Below are positions 35,801 to 49,949 of a DNA stretch of 64,000 nt, one piece after another; within the stretch, counting starts at the first letter, position 1, and each line of letters begins with the position of its first letter. This DNA is from Podarcis tiliguerta. Its lineage: Eukaryota. The stretch lies in the NCBI GenBank assembly GCA_965153285.1, contig OZ229110.1; one strand, given 5' to 3'. The position numbers were made by a program, and so were the translations under genes. The notes beneath the pieces were generated by a model. The model was given only the letters and a program-made list of their open reading frames with translations, ran no database searches and was not told the origin of the DNA.

Positions 35801-38800
35801 CCTCCCAAAAAAGCCCCCATCCATGCCCCCAGAAGGATATAAAGCTGTACATCAAGGCAGCCTTATTTTCCTCAACGCGGAAGAAGATCCACGTGACAGA
35901 TAAACAATCACACTTCATACTAGGCAGAGTGGCCAAATGCATGAAAGAGTAAGGTGAGAGGAGGTGGTAGGAAAACCAGCTAGGTCCACACAACACCCAC
36001 AATTATGAAGGCTGAAGAGGGGAAAATTCTCCAAATACATTTGCATCTGCTTGAGCTGGAGGATTTTTACCCATCTTCAAAGTGTTTACAATCTGAACTA
36101 TGCCAAGCTCAGTTTCTCGTAGCACCTATGCCAATTCCTGGGGATCTCCCAGACAGACGGGTATATCACTTACAAGCAGGCAAACTCCATTCATGGGTGA
36201 CGCACTGGAAGCTAATTCAAGCACGTCCCAATTCCTTCATTGCCATTGTTCCCCAAGAGGGCGTTCCCATTCTGCTTGGTAAGAAAGAATGAGAGAAGGG
36301 GAATGTGAGGTGACCGAGGAAGATGCCCGGCACCCCGCTTTATAGTGGAATATGAAGGAAAACAGCTGGGGAAGAACACTGCATTCAGCTGATGGGGGAG
36401 GTCCTGTGAGGATATGGAGATCCTGCTCAGTGCTGTCTGCTTTTCCTTAAACCCCATTGAGGCAGTGAAATCTTTGAAACAGGATCTGGAAGCAGTGAGG
36501 GTGTGGATGAGGCCTGGCAAGACTGAAGCTCAATCCAGCTAAGATGGAATTGCTGCTGGTGGGTGGACCAAGTGACCACAAAGTAGGTTTTAGAAAATAA
36601 TACACCTTAACGTACAGGTTGCAGAACTGAATCCGTGATACCACCTCTTCCTTCTTGCTATGGACACACTCACCGTTCCAGCTGTAGCTCCTCATCATAG
36701 GACGGAGGATTGGATCCTGGCCGTGTGTTGGTCAGAGCTTCCCAGATGGTCACCTGGTGTAACACACAAGAATGAATATGCTAAAACCGATAGCAAAGAG
36801 GCAGAATGGGTGTGTGCTCCTGCTGTAGCAGGTAATAATTTGAGGCTTGGACTTGGAATAATGCTAAAATAATAAGCCATAATGGTTTAGTTAAGCCATG
36901 GACTCTCTGGGAGGTCTGAGGCAAGCCATAATCTGATGGCCTCAGGTTCCACCCCCTCACACAAACACACACACCTGCAAAAAGGAAATATATAATCACC
37001 AGTTCCTACTGGGATGTAAAAGCCTTAATGAGATCAAGGTTTGCAAAGCACTCAGTGCTACATTTATAAGTGGCAGCCAAGAATTATCTCCACTCTGAGT
37101 GCCAACAACTGGGAGTTAGTTTGCTACACCACTCAATCCAACCTCTACTTGGTCCCCGCACAAGCATCCTGGCACCATGTGCCCTCCCTCCAAGAACTAG
37201 TTAGTCATGCCTGCCTGCTATAATGGGCCCGTTTTCACCCCAGCGCAGGCAGGTTTCCGCCCTCCCAATCACCTGGTCTGTCTCTGTGCCAGCATCCAGG
37301 AGGCTCTGCTGAATGGCGAACTGGAGCAGGTCATCATCTTCGTCCCGCATGGGCTCTGTACGACCTGCGCCCAACATTGTATAGCCCTGGGGCACCTCAA
37401 AAACTGATGGGTCCACCTCGCAGGGGAAAGGGTACACTGGGGGAGGAAGGGAGAACAATAGTTAGCACGCTGGCCAGTGGACTACGCAACTTCTGCAATG
37501 TCCTGTGTCACCGAAGACCAGTCCCTTCATCTTTGCCTCACTTTCTCCACCCATGAAAAGGGCTCTTAAAAACTTTTGCCAAAGGACATCTCCCTAGGGC
37601 CTAAGGCAAGCAGCAAATTGGCTGGGCCTCTGTAACAAAAAGTCCCTCCTGATTGTCACTACTTTGCAGGAGAGACTCAACACGCACCGGAAATTTAGGT
37701 TTGCGCAACTGAAGTGGAGGGCTCTGTTGCCCTTGCACAAAAAAATGCTGTTTTAAAAAGAATCCAGCTTTTTTGAAGTTTGGGAAGCGGTGCACTGAAA
37801 ATTGCAGGGTGAGCAAATGACTAACAGGAAGCCATACCAACAGCCTGCAAGCAAATCAGGATGAATGTGGGATGAATGCTTGTTGGGGCATAGCTGGCCC
37901 ACAAACCAATCAGAATGGATGCTCAATAAAAACCAGATACAATCTAACCTCCGTGTAAGCTTTGCGCAAGCAAATCCGGGTAAAAGTTGAATACACGGGT
38001 TGTCTGCATGAGCTTAAAGGTGGCAACATGCAGGCATAGCTCCCACTTTCTCAGGCACATCAATGGGAAACAAAAGGAACATGGCTGTGCTAGCATTCTT
38101 GAAGCGGAAAGACTTGATGTTTTAAAAAAATGACAATAAACACCTTGAGCCAATATGTCCATTTTTAAAATGTGATGGTCAGTAGCGGGATCATGGAGAA
38201 GGATGTGTCAGTTCTAGAAAGGAGTCACCTGTTTTCCAGTCACTCAGACATCTTACACTTTCACATCTCCTTCTTAACCCCGTTGTCTCCCAGTTCTGCA
38301 ATCTGGGCTCACAGCCACTGCACCCTAATGCTGCCTCCCTCCCTCTCCCAGCCTGCGGGAACATCCTCCACCTCTTCCACTCTTCTCCCCTCTCCAAGGT
38401 TTAGATTAGCTGTTGGAAGTCCTGACCCTGGCTCCCACCCCACCCTGCTCCTCCTACCTTTGGTGTTGTTGGCTGCCTCTGCCCCAGCAGTCGGCTCCTC
38501 GGTGCTCTCTGGGGTGTGGGTGGGAGTACAGATTCGCACTGAGCTCAGCGGCTCATCACAGCCACACAAGTTACTAAAAGTGATCCGGGCATTCAGCACG
38601 TGGAAGAGGGGGATTTCTGGGGGAAAGAAAGAAAATGTACAAAGGAAGGTTGGGGGGTTGGTAAACCTCTATTTTCAAGCTTCTCACTGATTTCCCTCAT
38701 GACCCAGGACATTCTCCCTTTCCCCACAACAAAGGCTGAGGGTTTCTCCAAATTGGGGACTGCACTATAAAACAGTATGATACAGCTTTAAATATAAACA

Positions 38801-41800
38801 TTCATGGCTCCTCCCCAAGAATTATAGGAGATGTAATTTGTTAAGGGTTCTGAGAGTTATTAGGAGCTCCTTATTCCCTTCACAGACCTGCAATTCCCAG
38901 AGTTCCCTGGGAAGAGGGGCTGATTGTTAAACCACTCTGAGAATTTTGGCTTTGTGAAGAGAAGAGGGAACTCTTTAACAATTCATAGAACCCTCAAACT
39001 ACAGTTCCCAGGATTCCTGGGGGGGGGGGGGGAGACAACAAATACCTGCTCAAAGTGGTATGATCCTGCTTTAAATTTAAAGTGCAGATGGATCTAGGTT
39101 TTTCTTTTCTGTAGGTATATTCTGCAATAATAGTGCATTGGTGGTGCATTTATAGCAGACATCATTCTGCTTTATTAGTTGTTCTGAGATGTTTTCCCAA
39201 AGTTATTGCATTATTGCCTTCTGAAGGGGCACTCTTGCACCCACCCAAGAACATTCGAGGTATGAAATGTTACAGGATTTCACCAATTTGAAATGAAGCA
39301 GGATGTCCGCTCTGAAACCTTTGCAGGCACAAATGACATTGAAAGCAAGGTTGTGTATGAACTACGCCAATACCTTCATGAGCACAAATAATTATGGATG
39401 TACAACAGAAAGAATGTCTGGAGAGGCGTAGCCCCACAGCTTCATTCTCTGCCTTCCTTTTTCTCTCTTCCCCTCTTGATCTGCCTCCTGTCAGCTTGTC
39501 TCCATGCCCCGCCCCCCCACCCTGAGTAGATAATGTCCCCCCCAACCAGCCAGGCTTCACACCTCTCACCGATTTTGACAGGGAAGCCAGGAGGCAACTT
39601 GAGGGTGATGAAGTCACGCAGCTTGGCAAAGTGGGCGTTGCTGATAGCCATCAGGTCAATTATGGGCGTCACCTGCTCCACCAGGGAGAGGGGATGGTCC
39701 TCGCAGAGCCAGAGAGTGGCCTTGAACCTGTCACACAAGGAGCATGTTAGTCTTCCTGGAGATTCCTCCAGCTCCCTGCCCCCAACATCTGCCCACGGAG
39801 AGACTGGGCCTGCAACTCCCCTACACGGGTGAATTATCTGTAGGGAGATGCTTTTATTTCCTCCACCTTTTGTTTCTTACCTTTCTCTGGAAAAATGAGT
39901 ACCTTTTGTAAGTTACGTGCCAGCTGTCACATCCTGACATCTTCTTCCATTTCTGACCCCACCCCACTAATCCATGCAGTATCCCCCATCCTTCTCACCT
40001 CTGCACCTTGTTGGACATCTCAATAGGGCGGCCAATATTGCGGGACTCCAGGTTGAAGTTGGGGTCAAAGTATTCCTCAGGGGTAATAGACGTTGGGTTA
40101 GTTGGGCTGGCTGACTGCAGCACAGGGGCCTGCAAAAGTGAAGATCGGGGTCTGGATCTGGGCAGAAACTAGAACACCAACACTTTGGAGCCACACAATC
40201 CCTTCTCTGGCATATCCCCCTTGTGATCTGCTTCCCCACCTCATGTACCCCTAGGCTAAATTTGTGTGGCTGGGCCAGCATCTCCTTTCCCCATATATGG
40301 ACAGGATCTGACCTGGTCACTCACCCCATTCTGGGCAGCATGCTGCTGGGCGATTCCCAGGAAGGACTGGAATGGAGTCTTAGAACCTGGAAGACAAAAG
40401 GAGGATGTCTAAGTGAATGAGTCCTCTCCAAAGAACCTACCACCAACTCCACCACTTTAGTGCAATTTATTTATCTTATTTGTATTTATCTGAAATAGCT
40501 TTAGAGTGCCTTTACACAGCAGTTCAAGGCGGCTAGTAACATTAGAATGACAAAATCCAAGGAAAATGCAGCAAAACAGTCATTGATAAGAGATAAAAGA
40601 GGCAGAGGCAGCAGATTAAAAAAGAAAGTGACCTGCCTGGGAGGTTAAGGCCAGCAGCTCAACAGACCAAATGCCTGCCAAGAAAGGAAGATCTTTGCAT
40701 TATGGCAAAAGGCCTTCTGGGAGAGGTGAAGGTGGGTCTCTCTCGACAGAGTTGCAGGATGTAGGTGGCTACAGAAAAGGTCCTCTCTATTACTACCACA
40801 GATACCGGTATCCATGAACTGAATGATTTTTACATTATGGGGGAAGATCTACACAAGGATTGCCAGATGCATCATGGAACCACCAGCACCATGGAATCAC
40901 TAGGCTCCTCTACCTGCCATAGCCGCTAAGGCTAGCCCATCTACCGCCTGACATCCTCCTTCTCAGACTCCTTCTCCATGAAAGTGGGTGCCTTCCATTG
41001 GCCTGCATAGCCCAAGTGGTCCCTCCCCTCTCAAACTCCTACAGTTATGCTGTGTACATATTCCCATTTACTCTGCCTCTCCCACCAGTGATTTGGAAAG
41101 CTGTCTACACAGGACAACAGCCAAAATCCATATCTATCCTGTTGCTTCTTAGGCAGCGGAATCAGGGAGGAATGAAGTGGCAGCAATATTTGCTCGGTGC
41201 GCTTGTGCCGTTTTCATTCTTGCTCAGCCATGGTTCAGCTGAGCGTTACATATAGACCAGGCCAATATTCAGTATACGCTGCTGCCATTTTTGTTCTCTT
41301 AACCACCAGGTGAAGCCTGTAAATGGGAGGAGCACATCATGACTAATGAGGACAAGTCACTTGTGGTCAAAGGGCAGGCAGGAGCCACCAAACAGCAAGT
41401 GCAGCACACAATTAATTGGAGTTCTGGGAATTGTAGGGTAAAATAATCCCTAGCAGCATGAAGGGTCATTGGATGAGTCAACACACCGAGTCACAACTGG
41501 AGGCGGTTCAACATCTGCTTTTACCTTTGTTGCGTGTCTTGTCCTGGTCTGACAGGTGCTCAGTACGGGTTTTGGTGACAAGCTCCACGTTGCTGGCACT
41601 GTAAACCTGGAAAAAGCAGTGAAGCTAAGCTAAACTTTGCTAAATTTTTCAGATTTACACACATAAGGAACAAGAATGGGGGAAGAGTTGTACCTTGGCT
41701 TCATAGCCGCTGATGTTTTCCATCTTCTCAGAGCGCCAGCCCCAGATGCCAGACTTGTTCCTGCAGAGAGGAAAGCCCTTAGGTCAAGAGCGATAGAGTT

Positions 41801-44800
41801 TGCCATTGCAGACCTCAGCTGCGCCCCCCGCCACAATGCAGCCTAAAGATATCCAATTCTTCAAATGCCATTTTCTCAAACATCACTGCTACAATGGAGC
41901 TTCATCTCTTCCAACCCTTTTCAGACTTGGAATGCCCTCATACTCTTCAGCCTAAAAGATAACCCTCTCATCAAATGTCAATTTCTCTCTCACACACACC
42001 TCTACCTTCACCTCTTCCGACCCTGCCCTTGAAAGACTTGGACTAGGGAGCTGCGAGTGGAGGTCTCTCCTCTGAGGGGAGATGGGGCATCTGCGATAAC
42101 AGGGCTGCAGACACCTATGGCAGTAGAAGCTGGGGCCTTGGTTCCCCTCTTTTCTCATAAAACTAGTTGGTGCTCGAGAGCCTGGGCAGACTTCATCCTT
42201 CCCAGCTTTGGTCTCATGGGCCTCATCCAGTACCATAAAAAGAGCCCTGCAGCTGGATCACATCCATGGTCCCTCTGGTCTAGCACCCTTTTCCCACAAT
42301 GACCAATCAGACGCCTCTGGGAAGCCAGCAAGCGTGATGCCATTAGCCCTCTCCTGCTGCTGTCCCCTGACAATTCCGGTATTCTGAGCAGCATGCGGCT
42401 GCCTCTGATCCTGGAGGCAGAATATAGTCATTGGGGTTAACAACCAGCGACAGCAGCAGCAGCACAGCACACGGTTCACACAGACCCATACGCTACCCTT
42501 CCCCCTGCCCCAGCTCACCGCTCAAAGGCAATGTTCTTGGTGTCCAGGTGGGTGGAGACGATGGGCGAAGTGAGCCGGCTGGCCACGTGCTCCTCGGAAG
42601 GCTGCATGGCAGCCAGCATCAGCTCCGGCTCATGCAAGGCTAGAGACAACGTTTCAGTGTACACCACCTGCTTGTCGTGGTCAACCTCCATCACCACAGC
42701 ATTCTCATCTGGCCAATGAGGGGAAGGAGAAAAGAGGGTGGGGGAGCAACAGAGAGAAAAGCAGTCAGTATCATAGCCTCCCACACCTCGCCAAGCATCT
42801 CCCCAGAAAAGAGATATTCTGACCTTCGCCTTTAAAGATGTAGCTGCGGCGGCCCCGCTGCCAGGTCATGTGCTCAAAGCCCAGCAAGGTGGTGTCAACC
42901 CGCAAGTTTTCCCCACGCTTCCACACCCGGTACACGTCACTTGGGCATATCTTGGAGACCAGGGGCACTGGTGGCGGAGAGGAAGAGAGGGAGCAGAGGG
43001 AGAGGGAACATTGCTTAGCATCATTGACTTGTTTGCCACATTTGTATCTCACCCACAGAAACACAGGGAGCTGCCTTATACTGATCCATCTGGTCCACTG
43101 GTTCATCCATTTCTGTGTTGTCTATATCGACTACCAGAAGCTCTCCAGGGTTTCAGGATGGGAGGCCTATCCCAGCCCTACAGAGAAATGCCTGACTGAA
43201 CCTGGGATCTTCTCTGTGAAAAGCAGGTGCTCTCCCATTGAGCTACAGCCCTTCAGAGAGGCGCCATAGCCTCTGTGTGGAAGGTCAAACTGAGAGACAA
43301 CAACATGCTCCAAAGTACCCAATGAGTCTCATGGCTGAGAGGTACTTCTTGCCCTCTCTGCCTGGCCTCACCTCATTCCTTCAGAGTGTCACATCTCTGG
43401 AGCATGACTAGGACACCACGTGTCAGTAGCATGGATTCTGCTCCTTGGTGAAGCCACGGCACCCACCACAGAGAAAGGAGAATGCTTCCTTCTTCCTCAA
43501 AATGTCGTCTATGTTTCTGAGCTCAGGAGGGCTAAGTAGTTAACTCTTCGACTGCATCATTTCCCCAGGCCAAACTCCTCCCTTGTTGGATAGCTCTCTC
43601 CTGTCACCTGCTCGGGCTTTTGTGGACCACTCCCAGAGCTGAAGCACTGACTTACCCCAGCTGGTAAACTCCCACTTCATCTCCACGTAGAAATCAGGAG
43701 CCTGTGGAGATGGAGAACCAAAGTGAGGGGGCAGAGCATTGCAAGTGAGAGAAGGGGCAGAGAGAACAGCCAATCCGTGTTCTCTAAAGGGACTACATTT
43801 TGCTGTGACCATAATCTTATTAAGAGTCACACTTTGCCAATGGGAGTTCAATTAGATCTAGCAACTGCTAGCTAGAAAACCCAAGAGTGCTTTTGAGCAT
43901 CCCAGGGGGTTTAAAGGAGAAGAGGGTTGGTGCTTCTGGGATGCAGAGTAACTGCTACCGTTGTCATCTTGAAACCATGCTGTTCAAATGCTTCATCTTC
44001 CAAGCCCCTTCGCAAAGGAGTGTGGGAGGGACAAGAGTGTTTCCCTTCTTGAAGTGTGCATTAGAAGAACATAGGAATGGTTAAATTGCAATGGTTCTGT
44101 GCCCACACAAAAGTGAGGGACTTAATGCTGGTGCTCTATGGAAGAAGTACCCAGAGAGAGGGTTGTGGCTTTTAATTAACACAAACACAACCAGAGTTTT
44201 AGAAAGAAAAGGAGATTCCAATAAGATCCTAAGAGAGGGCAGATTTGCCAAGATTTCTTTCTCCCTTTGCCAGGGGTCCTGACAAGAGTACAGGTTGGGC
44301 ACCCCTATAATAAAATCTGTAGACACTGATAAATGCACAAGGACTGAAGTTGACTGGGAGTTGACAGTACATACTCTGCGCAGTTTGTTGAGCAATTCTG
44401 GGATGCCGCCCAGGCGCTGCGTGGCCCGCTGGTAATCGCGATACTGGAGCACCAGCTGCACCATCTCTGGGTCCCCTGTGCTTACTGCCTCCTGCAGGAC
44501 TAGAGAGGCAGAGGGGGAAAATCAGTATTTGGCTTCTTGGCCCCACTCACTGTGCCCATCATCTTTCAAGTCCAAACGAGTTTCTCCTCTATCCTCACTC
44601 CCAACCAGGAGCAGACAGCCTATTGATCTGCCAAAAGGACATGTCTGGCTGCCAAGGGCACAGGTATCATGCCAATCAGTGCTCAGTTCCCAGGGAAACT
44701 TCTACCATCCTAGGCACGGCAAAGCAAGGCTCCAGAAACTTAAGCCAGAGAAGCAAGGATAGGTGCCTTAAACAAAAGAGCCGGGAAGAGTTCTGCCTTC

Positions 44801-47800
44801 AAAGCACACATATTACTCCAGTACTGGCCTAAACACTGGACTCTGGCTTTCATTCGTGTTGCTTACCCCTCAAAACCACAGCCCTCATGTCTCAGGTCTT
44901 TCATTTCTCAGCTGCTGTCTTCTCTTGCTCAGCTTTCACAACAACCCTTTCAACACATTCCTTCTATTTCCCCCCTTGCCTAGGATATAAGGAGATGCTT
45001 CAATATGAACTACTGTTATTGAGCCCAGTATTAGGCGGAAGCACTGCAAGGTCTCAAGCAGAAGGCTTGCAGCCTGATGATCCTGATGAACATGTGGCTC
45101 TCCAGGTTTTGTTGGACTCCATCTCCCATCAGCCTACAGCCAGCCTGGGAGTTGTGTAAGTGCAACAAAAACTGGAGGGCTACAGGTTCCTCACCCCAGC
45201 TTTAAGCAGAGGAGACAGAAATTGAAACGGACCAACATGGGGCACATACGCTTGCCCACTGAACCTTCATACCTGTCCAGCCGTTGGCATTCTCCTGGCC
45301 CACACTGGCATTGTGTCGCAACAGCACCCGGACGGATTCCAGGTTCCCCAGGCACACGGCCAGCTCCAGGGGCGTTCGGCCTCGTGGGTCCAGCATCTCA
45401 ATATCGTGCTGCAAAAGAGCCACAGGATTAATGAGCTAGGTGGACATTCCTTTGCAGGAGAACAAAGGCTGAGGCTTTCTCCGCGCTGGGGCTCATTCCT
45501 GGAAACAGTTTTCAGTGCTAGGACTCAGCAGGGTTTTAATGCCCTTGCACCAGTATCTCTTGCAAAAGAGGAAGATTCATGCAGAGCTCGTCCCCAGATA
45601 ATGCTGTCCCTGACCTACAAGGACATCCAGGATACTAGGATAGAATTCACATATCCTATAGAATATCCGACCCAAGGGACCATGACGTATCATATCCACT
45701 GGCCAGAATAGAAGAGCCGGCCTTGTTGCTTAATCTAAGCTTGCGCATGCTGATATTCAGATATTCAAAAGCCTTGATGGGACTGCAGAAGTGAAGGGCA
45801 GCACATTAGGGCTACAGTCCAGTTGCCCTTCAAGGAAGAATATCATGGCAAGGAGACCAACCTGGCCCCAACCACCAGCCAGAGAACCATCAGGCTACAT
45901 GGAACTCACCTCCCCCCTTCCTACTCGGCTCCAACTCGCCCCAGGACTGTAGAATCAAAAGGGAGAAGTTTGAAGCGCTTGCCCCACCCATTGGTCAAAG
46001 GAGCTGGAGCCAACAATTCCTATTTAAGTGAGAACACCAGCAAGGGAAGGTTACCTACCCTGGCCTCCACTGAGCATAAATGCCCTCTCTTATAGCTCAC
46101 CACTTTGCTCTGGCCTGGAAGGACTGATCTCTCTCCCACTCCACTTCCCTTCTTCCCTTTCCTTGTGTGTCTCGTCTTTTCAGTTTGCAAGCCTGCTGGC
46201 AGGGCCTGACTCTGTTTTTGAACCACTTTGGGAGACTCTTGATTGCTTGAAAAGTGGGGGGAAATCTAAGTATGTATGGAAATCAATTAATGTTGTGTCT
46301 TGGCTTTCTGATGAAAGGACCTTCTTTGCAATGGCAAATGCTGCCTTGTTCCAAGATGCAATTAGAAGGGGCCATTCACCACAAAGGCCTTTGTCCCCAC
46401 ATGATAGAACAGAATAGGGACTAGCCCAGCTATATTGTGAAACAACCTGTTTTGTTTTTAATTGTAAGAAGAGTGCACTCAAGTGCTACAGAAGGAGAGT
46501 ACACGGCTTATGAATTAAAGAAAAGAAACAAAAAACAAACTCACAAGTAAATACGCTTTTGAGGGATGGATAATAAAAATGGATCAGGAGACAGAGCTGT
46601 AGTGCTTTGTGCAGATGTCATGGGCACCTTCCTTATGCTGAGGGTAGTGTAATCGCTTCAAGCACTGGGGCTAAGAATCACATTTTTTAACAGCTGATTA
46701 CCAGCAATTCACCAACAATGGGAGTGCTTGCTGCAGAGACGTCTGGCTGCTTCTATCATAGCTCCAGAATCCTTCTGTGTTACCTGGAACAGCCCAGAGT
46801 CTCTTATATCCTACATATGTTGGGCCTATTTTCACTCCACTTGCAGACTAGTTGACCACAAAGTATATTTGAAAATAGTCAGAATGTTATTTCTTCTACC
46901 ACCAAGTTAAGTCATATGCAGGGTGGCTGAGCATCCTAAAGCATCTGCAAAGAAGATGTAACAGCAGCCGATACCTTCAGAAATTCAGGATGTTACAAAT
47001 CTGCCCACCCTGCCAAGCCATTCCCTTGCCTAGGCTCCATCCACTCAAAGCTCCATCCACTCAACACCCACTCTGAAAGTCATAATTTGATGGAAGCACC
47101 ACAATATTCAGAAAGAATTTGCCTCTGAATGTCAGCTGCTGGATACAACAGAACACTGTTGACCTCAGGCCTTGCTTGTAAAATTTTCAGATGCATTTGG
47201 CTGACCACTGCTGGAAAGAGAATGCTGGACTAGATGGAGACACCTGACTTTCTCCAAGACTGCAACCTGAGTACAATGCAAAGGTGGAGCATGAGCTCTA
47301 CACACCAAACCATTTCTTTGACCTCACATTTGATACTGCAACATCCATTTTACAGAAGGAGAACCTGGTGAGGCAAGTGACCTTGCCAAACTGAACACAA
47401 GGCAGAGCCCCAAACCCGCCACACCATTTCGTTCCAAATATCTGCCCTGACCCAACTTTTGTTGCAATGCCACTGTATGCCATACTCTGAACTGTTCCTC
47501 TCCCACCTTTCCCAGACTGCCCATGACTTTTTAGAAACAAGATAAAAGCAAATTCAGATACTTTGTCACTCAAGGGGTAATTAGCTCATGGAATTGACTG
47601 CTGTGAGGTATGTTGATGGCCACTAGCTTAAGTTAGTTTCAAAAAGGATTTGATAAATTCACAGAGGACAGGTCTGTCAACAGCTACTAGCCTCAACCAC
47701 CAAATTAAATAGAACCTCCCTCTTCAAAGGTAACATACCTCTGAGTATCAGCTGACAACAAGAGAAGGCCATCACCGGAGTGCCCTATGTAATTAGATTC

Positions 47801-49289
47801 CAAAAACATCCAGCTGACCAAACCTCTGCCCCAAATTCCTTTCTTTTTGGGATCCTCCCAAAAGTCACCCCCCTTAGATCTACCAATCAGTTCATTCCCC
47901 GTTTCCCCCTTCCAAAACAAGAAATGGGAATCATCATTATCTCAGGTATCATCAGTTATCTCCAGTCTTCTTTTAAGCCATGCTCCCTGATCTACATTTC
48001 TCCCAGTTCCAAATCAGTTGCCAGGCAGAACTCTTCCTGTCAGTCTTCTCCCATACAGGTATTCTAATGACTCTGTTCTCTGGGTTCTAACTCTAGGTGG
48101 GAGAACCAAGAGTTTTTTAAAGTATAGATGCTCAGCCTAGCCCTGTGCTCAGCTGTGGTCCATAGGGGCAGGCAGGAAGGAAGGAAACCCTGTGAAATTC
48201 CCCTCTCCAATGCAACAGGGTGCTAGAGCTGGAGGCTCTAATAATTGAATTGAATTGAATTTTTAAGAGAGACCCATACCAGCTGTGCACACGCACATCA
48301 ACCTTTAAGGATTATTTTGCCTTTCTCCCTTTTCCTCTTTTCCAAAATGGTGGCTATCAGTGCACTAAACATGAAGCCACCACAGGAAGGTTGTTTTTTT
48401 TTTAAAAAACAAAACACTAGGCCTCGATTGCTAGAGGATGTTATGGGACTGAGTATCACGGCACCCTTCAGAACCAACTGAGTGTGCTGATCCCTCGCGT
48501 GTCTTGCCCTCATGTGCCCAAATCACTATGAGGGGGCCTAAGACGAAAGAGCAGTGGATTCTGGGATTCCAAACAGATGGCCTCAAATGAGGATTGCTGT
48601 TTGCTTCAAAGCTTCAACTGCCAAGTCTGATGAGGAATTATGAGGTTGGGGATTCCCAGCCCAAAAGAATCATCAAACATCTATACAGCTATTCTGAAAC
48701 CACCAGTTCGGCTGGGGTGAGGAGGGAAGAGTTACAATCCAGAGGTACAAAGAGAAGGAATGGAGAGAGGGGACCAAGAGTATTACAAAGGTGGGGAAAA
48801 GGTGATGATGCTATTACGACTGGGGGGTCAAGAGATGCCTCTTGGGCAGCTTTCCTGCTTGTGTGTGTGGCGTGGCTGGGAGGGGGGGGGAGTTAACTGG
48901 ATGTGGCAGGTTTAACAGGATGCAGATGGAACAAACCTAGGTTAGCAGCAGTCAGATATACTAGGTGCCAGTATCTAGCCCTTGTTCATTCTCCCTCCCA
49001 GTGGCAGCAGCAGCAGCAGCAGCAGGGCTACCAACGGGGGGGGGCGAAGGGCTGGGACCATCTTGGAAGGATCCCACATCACATCCCCCTCCCTAGCTGC
49101 CACATCTCCAACTCCGGCTGGAAGGGGCGACCTGGAATGCGGGGTTAAGGAAGGCGGGAGTCCTAGGAGATTGGGGGGTGTTGAGGGGCTCCCCCGTACC
49201 TGTCCCTTGCGCAGCTCGCTGTCCAGCGCCTGGTGCCGGTTGTGCCAGACGAGCAGGTGCAGGGGGAAGGCGTCTGTGATGCGGGCCAT
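32523..49289 (-). CDS. ANKRD13D: Ankyrin repeat domain-containing protein 13D, 15 coding exons, 637 aa
   Basis: N-terminal ankyrin repeats ([13 protein letters not shown]), [20 protein letters not shown] motif, C-terminal UIMs ([30 protein letters not shown]). Exons sum to 1914 nt in frame. Lies between GRK2 and SSH3. Confidence 0.96.
34850..34945 (+). mobile_element. 5S rRNA-derived SINE fragment
   Basis: GCCTGGTCAGTGCCTGGGAGACCACCTGGGAA resembles the 5S internal promoter region; L2-type tail follows. Confidence 0.55.
36674..36753 (-). CDS. ANKRD13D: ANKRD13D exon 14
   Basis: [26 protein letters not shown](R), GT-AG. Confidence 0.94.
37273..37436 (-). CDS. ANKRD13D: ANKRD13D exon 13
   Basis: (V)[15 protein letters not shown]...[26 protein letters not shown]. 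Confidence 0.95.
38458..38616 (-). CDS. ANKRD13D: ANKRD13D exon 12
   Basis: (E)[23 protein letters not shown]...ANNTK; donor G|gtagga. Confidence 0.9.
39570..39727 (-). CDS. ANKRD13D: ANKRD13D exon 11
   Basis: [15 protein letters not shown]...[13 protein letters not shown]. Confidence 0.95.
39999..40129 (-). CDS. ANKRD13D: ANKRD13D exon 10
   Basis: [23 protein letters not shown]...EMSNKVQ(R), GT-AG. Confidence 0.95.
40325..40386 (-). CDS. ANKRD13D: ANKRD13D exon 9
   Basis: (G)[24 protein letters not shown]. Confidence 0.93.
41525..41606 (-). CDS. ANKRD13D: ANKRD13D exon 8
   Basis: [31 protein letters not shown]. Confidence 0.95.
41694..41760 (-). CDS. ANKRD13D: ANKRD13D exon 7
   Basis: [26 protein letters not shown]. 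Confidence 0.95.
42519..42708 (-). CDS. ANKRD13D: ANKRD13D exon 6
   Basis: (D)[11 protein letters not shown]...LDTKNIAFE(R), GT-AG. Confidence 0.95.
42824..42967 (-). CDS. ANKRD13D: ANKRD13D exon 5
   Basis: (V)[18 protein letters not shown]...YIFKGE, GT-AG. Confidence 0.95.
43656..43701 (-). CDS. ANKRD13D: ANKRD13D exon 4
   Basis: [19 protein letters not shown]. Confidence 0.95.
44375..44499 (-). CDS. ANKRD13D: ANKRD13D exon 3
   Basis: (V)[13 protein letters not shown]...[13 protein letters not shown]. Confidence 0.95.
45273..45408 (-). CDS. ANKRD13D: ANKRD13D exon 2
   Basis: [18 protein letters not shown]...NGWT, GT-AG. Confidence 0.95.
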
Positions 49290-49930
49290 CCCGTCACCAT
49301 GTCCCCGCGCCCGGCCGGGTCTCTGCTCCGATCCCTCTCTGCCCGAGGCCTTTCCGGGTGGTGGTGGCGGCGGCGGCGCTTTCCCTCCTGCTCGGTTTTG
49401 CGCTGGGCCCCGCTGCGACGGTGGCGGCGGCTGCGCTCCCGGGAGGAGAGGCAGGCAGGCAGGCGGAGAGGGAGGGACGGCGGGGCGCACGCGCGGCCTG
49501 GCCGGGGTTCGCTCGCTGCGGCTCCCGGGGCCGACCCAGAGCTAGGGAGCGGCGGGGCTGGGGGAGAAGGGGCGGGCCTGCGGGGCGCAGGGAGGAGACA
49601 GCGGCGGCAGGGGCGCGGAAAGCTGGCCCAGGCACTTTTCCGGCCTCGCTCGCTCCCCGCTCCAGCCCACGCGAGAGGGCCACGCTCTGGGCGTCGAGGA
49701 CAGGCAACACCCCTTGCGTCACCACCGGCAGCGGGAGGGAGCGGAGCCGGCCGCCTTGGGCAGCCTGCCTCCCTCGTCAGCCGCCAGGGGAAGCGGGCGG
49801 AGGCGAAATTGCAGCCCCCGGCAGCAGGAGCCACGGCCTCCTCGGGGTCCTCGGTCCCCAGAAGGGTGGGCGATTGGGCCGGCTTGGCTCCGCTTGCTTG
49901 CTGGGGGCGGACGGGGAGGCTGAGGCTGCA
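49130..49930. promoter_or_regulatory. CpG island and promoter of ANKRD13D
   Basis: Very CpG-dense, with several GGGCGG boxes upstream of exon 1. Confidence 0.8.
49200..49289 (-). CDS. ANKRD13D: ANKRD13D exon 1
   Basis: [30 protein letters not shown]|gtacgg. Confidence 0.9.
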
Positions 49931-49949
49931 GTCAGATATCCATTCACCC

